Shown: positions 9,438 to 17,540 of the stretch, in pieces
How the letters are laid out: the number at the start of each line of letters is the position of its first letter
Numbering within the stretch: the first letter of the stretch is position 1
Assembly: GCA_964531375.1 (NCBI GenBank)
Contig: CAZHDO010000001.1
Span: 196,861 to 260,860 of the forward strand
Length of the DNA stretch: 64,000 nucleotides
DNA from: an uncultured Candidatus Saccharibacteria bacterium
GTDB taxonomy: Bacteria; Patescibacteriota; Minisyncoccia; Phycocordibacterales; UBA12445
Reading direction: 5' to 3'
Position numbers and translations under genes: made by a program
The notes under the pieces: model-generated
Database searches by the model: none
What the model saw: the letters and a program-made list of their open reading frames with translations, nothing else
What the model was told of the DNA's origin: nothing

Positions 9438-10418
9438 ATGGCTATTAAGAGGGAAGTTTTGGCTTCTTCAAAAAAAATAAAAAGGAAAAAAAGTTTTAGA
9501 ACTTTTTCTATTTTTTTGTGTCTTTTTATTTTTGTCTTTGTGCTATGCGCCCAACTTTCTCAGATTGAAAGATTGTTAATAAAAGAGGTTGAAGTGAGTG
9601 GAAATAAAAACATACCAAGCGGTGAAATTTTTGATTTAATCAAAGACAGCTTAAATGGAAGATATATTGGATTTTTTCCAAAAAATAATTTCCTTTATTA
9701 TTCAAAAAGCGCAATGGCTGATTTGATAGTAAAAAAATATTTACGAATAGAGAAAGTTGAAATAAGAACAGACGATTTTGAAAAATTAAAAATAATTGTC
9801 GTAGAAAGAACTCCTCATTATGTCTGGTGTCCAAATAGGGGCAACAGCTGTCTGTATTTAGATAATAATGGACTTGTCTATGATAAGGCCCCAAATTTCT
9901 CTGATGGTGTATTTTTGAGGTTTGAGGGCAAGCTAGACGACAGTATTATAAAATTAGAAGATTATTTTAATAAAAAAATATTCGAGACAGATAAGTTGAA
10001 TAAGTTAGTGAAATTTGGCGAAGAGGCGAACAAAATAGTTAGTAGAAATATGGAAGGTAAATGGGAGGTCAATACAATAGTTGTTAAGGGTAGGGAAGAC
10101 TTCGACTATATTTTTAAAGATGAAAACGACAGGACTTGGAAAATTATGATTTCAACAGGGGATGTGGGTAATAATTATTTATCTGCAAATAGTATTCTTA
10201 AAGACAACACCCAGAAAAGCAGTGTTACTTTTGATTCAATTCTAATAAGTACCGCCCGTAACCTAGAAACCACCCTCCAGTCAAAAGCTTACCTAAATAT
10301 TTCGACTGACAAAAATAAAAAAATAGAATACATAGATCTTCGTTTTGGCAATAAAGTTTTTTATAAATTTAGTAATGATGTTGGTGGTAAGACAGCGACG
10401 AGTACGAGTGGGGTATAG
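9438..10418 (+). CDS. ftsQ: FtsQ/DivIB-like cell division protein (TM + POTRA)
   Basis: Basic N-terminus, single TM, IKEVEVSGN, IVVERTP, C-terminal YIDLRF. Confidence 0.7.
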   Translation: MAIKREVLASSKKIKRKKSFRTFSIFLCLFIFVFVLCAQLSQIERLLIKEVEVSGNKNIPSGEIFDLIKDSLNGRYIGFFPKNNFLYYSKSAMADLIVKKYLRIEKVEIRTDDFEKLKIIVVERTPHYVWCPNRGNSCLYLDNNGLVYDKAPNFSDGVFLRFEGKLDDSIIKLEDYFNKKIFETDKLNKLVKFGEEANKIVSRNMEGKWEVNTIVVKGREDFDYIFKDENDRTWKIMISTGDVGNNYLSANSILKDNTQKSSVTFDSILISTARNLETTLQSKAYLNISTDKNKKIEYIDLRFGNKVFYKFSNDVGGKTATSTSGV

Positions 10419-10482
10419 GATTGTTTTAGAAAATAAAAAACCGCGTGCATTTTTAGGTGCAACGCGGTAATAAAATTACCTA

Positions 10483-12300
10483 TCAGGAGCCAAGGCGCTC
10501 TTTGTCTTTTTCATACATTGACCTGTATATGCCGTTTCGCTGCATAAGTTGGTCATGTGTGCCTTGTTCGGCAATCTCGCCTTTTCCCATCACAATAATA
10601 TCGTCACATCTCTCTGCGCGAGAGACGTGGTGGGTTATTAGTATGACAGTGCTCTTTAAGGCAAACACCATATCGATGACTTTTTGTGCTGACTCTGGGT
10701 CGAGTTTGGCATCAGGTTCGTCAAGGATAAGAATCGGCGTTCCGCGGTAGTGAACTCTTGCCAGTGCTAGTCGTTGACGTTCACCACCAGAAAAATCCCT
10801 ACCACCGAACTCGACCCCAATCTGTGAGTCATATCCATCAGGATCAGAACTTACGACTTCATCGAAATTGGCAAATCGAGCAGATTCAATCACTGCATCT
10901 TGGTCAATCGGCTGGTCAAGGCGGGAGGATGCTATTTCCTCGCCAACACGACGTTCGAGGACAGTGTACTCTTGTGTTAGCGAGGAGGCTATGTTACTCC
11001 ACACCTGGGGCTCTATGTTTCGTAAGTTAATATCTCCTGCGTATATAGAGCCAGAATCAGGGTCATAGTGTCTCATGAACAAGGCTTGGATTGTCGATTT
11101 GCCATTTCCGCTTTTACCAACAATCGCCACCTTTGCTCCTGGTTTGATTGTAAAACTCACGTTTTTTAGCACTAATACTTTTGTGCCTGGATACGAGAAA
11201 TTTACATTTTTGAAGCTGATTGGGGGGGTAATATCAAATCTTGGGACGACTGGGTACTCAGTCTTAAGAATAGGTTTGAGGCCAAAGAAATCCTTTTCAA
11301 TAAGAATTACTCCCTTGGCGCTATTCCATTGTTCTGTTACCAATGACACGATGGTCTCCAGGTTTCCTTGAAAAGTTCTTGCTGCTGCTATTATGATGGT
11401 AAGGGTCCCAATTTCTCCCGCATAAGCAACCGTTGACCATATTGCGTGAATTAGTATTCCACACAGACTTATAACTGAGATAGAGTGGGTAAAAAGCTCT
11501 CCTTTTATATTGATGTCTCTGATGTGGTTTGACGCGTCTAGGACACCACCAACATTTATATCTATTTCTTTGTCTAGTGTTGGTAACTGGTTAAACATAA
11601 GCGCCTGTGTGAACGCATTAACCTCCCTGTATGGTCTTTCAAGAACATCCCTTTTTTTGCGTTGAGGCACCATTTCTCGAAACAGATTCCACCACATCGC
11701 AACTAGCTGGAATTCAACAATGACCATGGGGAGTGCGGCCACAATTAGTATAAGGGCGTAGTATGGTTTATACCAAAGAAGGGAGGCGCCAAAAAGCGCA
11801 AAAGACACCATTGTTGTAAAAAGGTTTAAAATCTCTTCAGAAAACCAATTTCTTGTTTGCCAAGACATTGGGAGTTCCTGAATACGTTTCGATAAATCGT
11901 CGTATTCCTTACTTCTTACCATCGCAGTATCTAATGTTGCCCGGTGATTGTTTAGCTCGCGTTGGTTGGCAAATCGAAGTCTGTGAGTCCACTTATTCCT
12001 AAAGAACCAAATAAATCTGCCAATAAGTGCCGACGAAATCAAGACGATAACTAAAAATATCACAGAAAGAAAAAGCTCACTGTGAACGAAGTCCATCGGT
12101 GTACCAACAAACCCTTTCGTTGACTGTACCTTGTTGATGACAAAGCCCATCACCTGTATACCCAGATACATGAGAAGGGTCGTCAAGACAGAGACGATTA
12201 TTCTGTAAATTGTTTCCTTTTTGGCATTACGCCAGCAAAACGAAAAAGAATAAACCGCGGCTGTCACCATTGTGGTAATAGTTTCCAAAATCCTGTTCAT
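10483..12300 (-). CDS. ABC exporter, fused permease/ATP-binding protein
   Basis: N-terminal TM domain, Walker A GKSGNGKST, signature FSGGERQR, ILDEP; SD AAGGAG upstream. Confidence 0.92.
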   Translation of the reverse strand: MNRILETITTMVTAAVYSFSFCWRNAKKETIYRIIVSVLTTLLMYLGIQVMGFVINKVQSTKGFVGTPMDFVHSELFLSVIFLVIVLISSALIGRFIWFFRNKWTHRLRFANQRELNNHRATLDTAMVRSKEYDDLSKRIQELPMSWQTRNWFSEEILNLFTTMVSFALFGASLLWYKPYYALILIVAALPMVIVEFQLVAMWWNLFREMVPQRKKRDVLERPYREVNAFTQALMFNQLPTLDKEIDINVGGVLDASNHIRDINIKGELFTHSISVISLCGILIHAIWSTVAYAGEIGTLTIIIAAARTFQGNLETIVSLVTEQWNSAKGVILIEKDFFGLKPILKTEYPVVPRFDITPPISFKNVNFSYPGTKVLVLKNVSFTIKPGAKVAIVGKSGNGKSTIQALFMRHYDPDSGSIYAGDINLRNIEPQVWSNIASSLTQEYTVLERRVGEEIASSRLDQPIDQDAVIESARFANFDEVVSSDPDGYDSQIGVEFGGRDFSGGERQRLALARVHYRGTPILILDEPDAKLDPESAQKVIDMVFALKSTVILITHHVSRAERCDDIIVMGKGEIAEQGTHDQLMQRNGIYRSMYEKDKERLGS

Positions 12301-12353
12301 TTTTAAGCTCCTTTAGCTTTTTATTTTCAAAAAACAGACACATTTCTTCATAA

Positions 12354-12382
12354 AGAATAGCATATTAACATGAATTTGTCAA
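12354..12382 (-). promoter_or_regulatory. Sigma70-type promoter for the ABC exporter
   Basis: TTGACA-17 nt-TATTCT with extended -10 TG on the minus strand. Confidence 0.7.
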
Positions 12383-12614
12383 TCTTGCTCTAAAAACCAT
12401 ATAACAAGCCATTTTTTGATTAAAATGCCGTAAAATAGTGTTATTTGTTAAATTATCGGTTTTATTGAATTACTTTATTTATAACAATGTGAATAAGGCT
12501 GTTTTTTAAATGAAACCCTCTATTGATTCTAATTTGATTAAAAAGATGATGTTTGGTAAATTTAATTTAAATTTGGACATTAAAAACAAAAAAAGAAGGG
12601 GGGTGTGCGTTTAA

Positions 12615-12827
12615 ATGGTTAAAAATGTTGATGAAGCTTTGGAAAATTTTAAGCAGGAAATTTTCAAGAGAAGAAAAAAACTAAATAGCGGCCAGAAAAA
12701 TGCTCTACTTTATTGCGAGGTGTGGAACGAAATTAATGCAATGGCCAGCGTTCTCGGGCTCACAAAAGAAGAGAAAGATGAGGCATTAGAAGAATGCGGG
12801 ATTAGTAAAGGAGGTCTAAAGAAATAA
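12615..12827 (+). CDS. Small hypothetical protein
   Basis: 70-aa ORF with a G-rich SD-like tract (GAAGGGGGGTG) upstream. Confidence 0.65.
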   Translation: MVKNVDEALENFKQEIFKRRKKLNSGQKNALLYCEVWNEINAMASVLGLTKEEKDEALEECGISKGGLKK

Positions 12828-12884
12828 TACCGATATTGGCTAAAATTATCCTAATAAAATTTGAATACTAAAAAGGAGAAAAAT

Positions 12885-13088
12885 ATGCCAGAGTACACTG
12901 TTAAGTTTGGTTACGATATTGGATTCGATCGATGGCGCGAAGACGGAGTGCTGAATTTTCCAGCGAACGATTTAGAAGATGCGAAAAAAATTTTAAATGA
13001 GCGCGAGGGAAGCACTCTTGCCCCTCAGATGAGAGGTGTTCACTTCGATATGGAAAGTTTGAAAGTGAAAGAGACCACAACAAGCTAA
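12885..13088 (+). CDS. Small hypothetical protein
   Basis: AAGGAG SD before ATG 12885; terminator at 13109-13134. Confidence 0.65.
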   Translation: MPEYTVKFGYDIGFDRWREDGVLNFPANDLEDAKKILNEREGSTLAPQMRGVHFDMESLKVKETTTS

Positions 13089-13108
13089 GCTGTTTTTATG
13101 GCTTACAC

Positions 13109-13134
13109 AACAGCTCACCCTTGGGCTGTTTTTT
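13109..13134 (+). terminator. Intrinsic terminator
   Basis: AACAGCTCA-CCCT-TGGGCTGTTTTTT. Confidence 0.65.
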
Positions 13135-13241
13135 AATTTAAAACAAAAAAGTTTAGTAATTTTATTTCTTGAAAATGGGGTATCGTTTTTGTTATAAGAC
13201 TATTTTTTAACTTTGGCCATTTTTGAAGCCACTTTTTGTTT

Positions 13242-13796
13242 TTAATTATTTATTATTACTTTGTCTAAAATTTCCGGTCTATATTTTTTAATAGATTCGA
13301 TAACTGAATTGCCATATTTCGTAATTAATTCTCTGGCATCTTTTATGGCATCATTGTCTATGTTCGGAAAATTTATCAAACGATCCTTGAAATAAGTAAT
13401 CTCAAGTTTGTTTTCTCTTTCTAGGTTTAATAAATACTCTTTCAGATTAATAATTTTTATCTCTTCAACTACTTCAACAGATTTTTTACTAATCCATTCT
13501 TCTTTCCACAAACTACTTGTTTGAAAAAATAGTTCTTTTCTAACAACATATATTGAGCCAGGAATATTTTTATAATTAATATCTATAGTTCCTTCTTTCT
13601 TTTCTACAAGATAAGGTATTCCTGTATTTTTATTTCTACCCCAACCCTGCAATAAACTTCCTCCTGGTCTATTAATAAAGATTACAGCAAAAGCCAACTC
13701 AGAAACAGCGTACACAAAAGCGTCTTTGTGCCCAGCTTCTTTTGGAGAAAGAATAGTTAATCCATTAACTTTTGAACCATGATAAAGATACTCCAT
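13242..13796 (-). CDS. Hypothetical protein, possible ADP-ribosyltransferase-like fold
   Basis: 184-aa ORF starting YLYHGS followed by FVYA and GSIYVV strands; TAAAAT lies 7 nt before the ATG. Confidence 0.7.
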   Translation of the reverse strand: MEYLYHGSKVNGLTILSPKEAGHKDAFVYAVSELAFAVIFINRPGGSLLQGWGRNKNTGIPYLVEKKEGTIDINYKNIPGSIYVVRKELFFQTSSLWKEEWISKKSVEVVEEIKIINLKEYLLNLERENKLEITYFKDRLINFPNIDNDAIKDARELITKYGNSVIESIKKYRPEILDKVIINN

Positions 13797-13865
13797 ATCA
13801 GAGATTTTATCACAAAAACTCTTGTTAGAGAAAATATATAGATTGGGTAAGTTATTTTGGAATTT

Positions 13866-14012
13866 GACCTCTCAATTTGGATTTCCGAACTTATTAAACA
13901 TGGGAAGTATGTGGTATTTAGTATATGGAGTTAATCATTTTGATGTATAGTTCTAAATAACGCTCACAGAGTTTAAGTCATTGAATTAATGGGCAATATT
14001 TGCTAGTTTTAA
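13866..14012 (+). repeat. Promoter block copy A (homologous to 14937-15091)
   Basis: Alignable by eye over ~150 bp, ending in TTGAAT-17 nt-TAGTTT with extended -10 TG. Confidence 0.7.
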
Positions 14013-14066
14013 CTCGGATCAAAGACCTGGGTTCTTTGATAATCTAACATTACGGAGGTGTGTGCG

Positions 14067-14807
14067 ATGAAAAATCGTGCGCAAAAGATGAAACCTGGTG
14101 ATATATCTTTAGGTATGGCCCACGAATTTATGATTTCCTTTGGTAAACAAGGTGGTAATTACAGAATGCTTCTGGAAGCAAAAGACGATGAAAAACTGAT
14201 GGATGAACTTGTAAGGTATTGGAAGCTTCGTGGATATGTGCCATCTGAAGAGCATCTTACGGCTCAAAGAATTATGGGGAAGAATTTTATTGGCGTTGAA
14301 GAATGGCTGAGGTTTGATGTCGTGACCACAAAAAAAGCATTTGATTTCATAAATAATATCCCCTTTGATGTCAATACCCTTAAGAAGTATAAAGACTCTC
14401 ATCGCCTTATCGCTGTCCCTGAAATTTCTGTAGCAAAAATGCAGAAGACAATATGTGAATTCATCGGACACAATGAATCCTTTTCTTTCCATCGGTGGGA
14501 GGATGTTGAGTGGGTGAACGACAAAGGTAACGCGGGTTGGCACCTGGTAAAAAAATTTCCCTTAATGGAAAATGAGGTTCTAAACCAAGACCATATTGAA
14601 GCGGAGGTCCGTATTGTCACTTATGCAATGAGCACCTTTTGCTTGATGACAAGTAATGTGCTTTGTGAGACTTTTGTAAAATGTCGTGAAGATAATGGAA
14701 GAGAACATTTTGGTGTTGAGCTCACCTTGGGACGAGGAATTGAATTGGGTCTCGTTTGGGATCACACACGTTCAATCTTTGAGATCGCAGAAAAAACCTG
14801 TGTTTAG
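14067..14807 (+). CDS. Hypothetical protein
   Basis: GGAGGTG SD before ATG 14067; own promoter; terminator at 14838-14867. Confidence 0.8.
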   Translation: MKNRAQKMKPGDISLGMAHEFMISFGKQGGNYRMLLEAKDDEKLMDELVRYWKLRGYVPSEEHLTAQRIMGKNFIGVEEWLRFDVVTTKKAFDFINNIPFDVNTLKKYKDSHRLIAVPEISVAKMQKTICEFIGHNESFSFHRWEDVEWVNDKGNAGWHLVKKFPLMENEVLNQDHIEAEVRIVTYAMSTFCLMTSNVLCETFVKCREDNGREHFGVELTLGRGIELGLVWDHTRSIFEIAEKTCV

Positions 14808-14837
14808 ATTAGAGTGACTTATTTATCTCCAACTCTA

Positions 14838-14867
14838 AAGCTTCGCCAATGTGCGAGGCTTTTTTTT
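14838..14867 (+). terminator. Intrinsic terminator
   Basis: AAGCTTCGC-CAATGT-GCGAGGCTTTTTTTT. Confidence 0.7.
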
Positions 14868-14869
14868 AG

Positions 14870-14919
14870 TTCGGAATATCTTAATAGGTTAAATTTCCCA
14901 AAATAAAATCTAGCTCAAA
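14870..14919 (+). repeat. 50-bp post-terminator repeat copy 1 (copy 2 at 15746-15795)
   Basis: 41/50 identical, ungapped, both ending AAAATAAAAT(C/T)TAGCTCAAA. Confidence 0.75.
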
Positions 14920-14936
14920 TTTTATTAACGTTTTTT

Positions 14937-15116
14937 AACCCCTCAACCTAGTTTTTCGATCTTGTGAAGTATGGGGGTATTTGGTGTTTAGTATCCAAGA
15001 ATTAAGTCTATTGGTGTCTAATCCTGTATAACACTCATAATGCCCACAAGTTCACACCATTGAATAAATGGTCGATATTTGATAGTTTTAATTGAAATCT
15101 GGAACTTTGAAAAGGA
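14937..15116 (+). repeat. Promoter block copy B
   Basis: Homologous to 13866-14012; its last 34 bp (15083-15116) are identical to 15412-15445. Confidence 0.75.
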
Positions 15117-15125
15117 GAACACTAA

Positions 15126-15344
15126 ATGGACACCAAAACAAAATTTCCGCTCTATCTAATGCTTGTTGGTGATCAGAAGAAATTTCTAAACTTGAGTGAG
15201 GCAGGGCAAATCTATGATTCCAGCTTTATCAATGTTGAGATCTGTGGGGATGTTCTTATGGAAGATGGATCTGTAAGGCAGATCACAAAGGAAGAACGGG
15301 GTAAGATTAGTGAGATTGCTGATGAATTCAGTTCAAGCAAGTGA
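15126..15344 (+). CDS. Small hypothetical protein
   Basis: 72 aa, AAGGAG SD, own promoter. Confidence 0.7.
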   Translation: MDTKTKFPLYLMLVGDQKKFLNLSEAGQIYDSSFINVEICGDVLMEDGSVRQITKEERGKISEIADEFSSSK

Positions 15345-15411
15345 ATGGTATCTTCAAGTACACCTCTTTAGAAAAAGGGATATTTTTATTGAATAATTAA
15401 CTGATTTTTGC

Positions 15412-15445
15412 TAGTTTTAATTGAAATCTGGAACTTTGAAAAGGA
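15412..15445 (+). repeat. 34-bp exact repeat (-10 box, leader, SD)
   Basis: TAGTTTTAATTGAAATCTGGAACTTTGAAAAGGA, identical to 15083-15116. Confidence 0.9.
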
Positions 15446-15454
15446 AAAAAAAGA

Positions 15455-15694
15455 ATGGTCAATGAAGAATTGAAAGAACTTTTTAAGGATGTGAAAAAGC
15501 TCAAAAGCTTTAGGGTTGAGGAACTGTGGTCTGGTCATAGAGCACTCGTGTTCAATTTTGAGGAAAATAAAAAAATAACAATCCACCTTGATGGACGTCA
15601 AGACGCCGATCGTCGTGGATTGTCACAAGATCTTGTCGCCTTGTTTACGGATGAAAGGGGAGAAAACAAAGAAATTCTCCGTATTGAAGCGTAG
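15455..15694 (+). CDS. Small hypothetical protein
   Basis: 79 aa, AAGGA SD, own promoter, terminator at 15713-15734. Confidence 0.7.
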   Translation: MVNEELKELFKDVKKLKSFRVEELWSGHRALVFNFEENKKITIHLDGRQDADRRGLSQDLVALFTDERGENKEILRIEA

Positions 15695-15712
15695 GTAAAT
15701 CACAGCTAATAT

Positions 15713-15734
15713 AAACCCACTTCGGTGGGTTTTT
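15713..15734 (+). terminator. Intrinsic terminator with UUCG loop
   Basis: AAACCCAC-TTCG-GTGGGTTTTT. Confidence 0.8.
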
Positions 15735-15822
15735 CTTTTGCTTGATTCGGAGTAAATTAATTGATTAATTTTCTTAAAATAAAATTTAGCTCAAAAATAT
15801 GAGATGGAGGAGGATCGGCTCC

Positions 15823-16009
15823 ACAGAGAATCGGCCACGAGTTACTAGGTCTGCTCGTATTGCTTCGCAATATTCCGCGGACTAAGTACTCTCGGCCCCA
15901 GCTCGGCCTCCAAGCTTATTAGCTTGGATCCTGCCTCCGCTTTTCGATTCTCTGTAGTGCCTAAAAATTCAATTAAAAATCAAAGCTAGCGCCCGATTTT
16001 TTGAATTTT
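15823..16009 (-). repeat. tRNA-trailer structured element, copy 3 (Glu-matched arms, detached from the tRNA)
   Basis: AT-rich hairpin 15963-16009 resembles 17396-17443; 15-nt inverted tRNA-Glu fragment at 15943-15957; structured core; 11-nt direct tRNA-Glu fragment at 15823-15833. Confidence 0.85.
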
Positions 16010-16108
16010 GAGGACTTTTGTGCTAGAACTTCTTGGCCCCAAGCCCTGCAAGGTTATTTTTAATAATTTTATTATCCAAAAACGACCCTTCTCGAGCGAT
16101 GCAAAATC

Positions 16109-17230
16109 TTAATTATTTACACGTAACAGGAAACTTAAAACGGCGCCCACAATAACAGCAATTAGAGTTATAATGGCAAAATAAAGATTGTTTGTATAAA
16201 TTGTCTGCTGCCGGTCCATGAAATTAATTAAATCAGAGACATTTTCAATTGCTTCCTGACTTATATTAATATCTTTATTTTCAATAAATTCTTTAAGAAA
16301 AAAAACTCCTTTTTCTCTTTTAATTTTTTCAACTTCTCCGCTAATTTGTTGAGAAAATAAAATGTTATGATGTTTAAAATCAACCAAACCTAAGAAAAGT
16401 TTCTCTACGATAGACGAAGTTGGATATTTAAATTGCCACCATTTTTTCAGATAGTTCTTTTTTGCTTTATTGAGCAAAACATCAACTTTATTCCACAGCT
16501 GGGATTTGTAATTTTCTCCAAGAGTTTGAAGATAAAACAAAGCAAATTCTTCGGATAGTTTTTCAATAGCAAACTTTCTAAATTCTTTGATATTACGAAA
16601 GCATTCTTTTGATCCAAATATTTTAACTAAATCATAACTATCTTTAGGGGTTATTTCCACACAAAGCTTTAAATTATTTATACTTTTTTTCTTAAAATCT
16701 GATTCTTCAATCAATTGAAGCTCAAAATCTGCGTGAAAAGGACTAGGCCCTAAAACCTCTAATTCAAATTTTGAATCTTTAATATCCCCAAGTTCTCTAC
16801 TTAAGAATTCACGTACCAAAATTACAGCTAGGCTACCGTCCTCATGACTTAATGTATTCTGAGGTTCGATAATTGTGTAGGTAAAAATATAGCCAAAATA
16901 TATCTCAACTTTAAAAAACTCATTATTATGATAGCTTATTTCGTCAGCTACTTTATTTTGAGCTTTTTTGGGTATAAAAATATCAAAACTAATTTTTCCT
17001 AGAAAAAATGGTGGGTAAAATCCAGTAGAGTCTTCAAAATTAAATTTTTCAATATCCTCCTGATCTATAGGCAAAAAGCCAGATTTGATACCATCTTCAA
17101 TATTAACTATCTCTAAATTGCTAATGTTTGTTACCTTATCCAATTCTTCTTTTAAGAGCTTGGTATAGTTATCAAACGAGGCGTATTCTTTTAATTTAAA
17201 ATGAAAACATCCAAGACCAAATTTAATCAT
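16109..17230 (-). CDS. Hypothetical protein with a single C-terminal TM helix (cargo between two trailer elements)
   Basis: 373-aa AT-rich ORF, hydrophobic C-terminus; TTGACA at 17281-17286(-) directly after the tRNA direct repeat. Confidence 0.8.
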   Translation of the reverse strand: MIKFGLGCFHFKLKEYASFDNYTKLLKEELDKVTNISNLEIVNIEDGIKSGFLPIDQEDIEKFNFEDSTGFYPPFFLGKISFDIFIPKKAQNKVADEISYHNNEFFKVEIYFGYIFTYTIIEPQNTLSHEDGSLAVILVREFLSRELGDIKDSKFELEVLGPSPFHADFELQLIEESDFKKKSINNLKLCVEITPKDSYDLVKIFGSKECFRNIKEFRKFAIEKLSEEFALFYLQTLGENYKSQLWNKVDVLLNKAKKNYLKKWWQFKYPTSSIVEKLFLGLVDFKHHNILFSQQISGEVEKIKREKGVFFLKEFIENKDINISQEAIENVSDLINFMDRQQTIYTNNLYFAIITLIAVIVGAVLSFLLRVNN

Positions 17231-17289
17231 AATATTTTAAATTTCATTCATTAGACTTGTAACATGCATCTCGTGCTAGCTGTCAAATC

Positions 17290-17443
17290 TGACCCTACAG
17301 AGAATCGGTTACAGATACTTTGTTACACAAAGTTCTGCTACCCCGACTCAGCTCCCTTTCTTTCAGAAAGGGGCCCGCCTCCGTCTTTCGATTCTAAAAA
17401 TTCAATAAAAAATTAGAGCTGACGCTCCGATTTTTTGAATTTT
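17290..17443 (-). repeat. tRNA-trailer structured element, copy 2 (Glu-matched arms)
   Basis: 18-bp exact direct repeat of the tRNA 3' end (17290-17307 = 17444-17461); 9-nt inverted fragment at 17387-17395; core closely similar to that behind tRNA-Leu; AT-rich hairpin at 17396-17443. Confidence 0.88.
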
Positions 17444-17515
17444 TGACCCTACAGAGAATCGAACTCTGATTTACGCCTTGAGAAGGCGCTGTCCTAACCG
17501 TTAGACGATAGGGCC
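17444..17515 (-). tRNA. tRNA-Glu(CTC), CCA not encoded
   Basis: GGCCCTATCGTCTAACGGTTAGGACAGCGCC-TTCTCAA-GGCGTAAATCAGAG-TTCGATT-CTCTGTAGGGTCA. Confidence 0.96.
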
Positions 17516-17540
17516 ATATATTTACTAAATTTTCAACACA

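Noticed and set aside
15801-15822. Possible remnant of a fourth element end (CCGATCCTCCTCCATCTC on -)
   Set aside because: Too short and matches no tRNA in this window; cannot be supported.
17290-17461. Prophage or classical genomic island bounded by the 18-bp tRNA repeat
   Set aside because: The repeat encloses only ~136 bp, and no integrase or phage gene is recognisable in the window.
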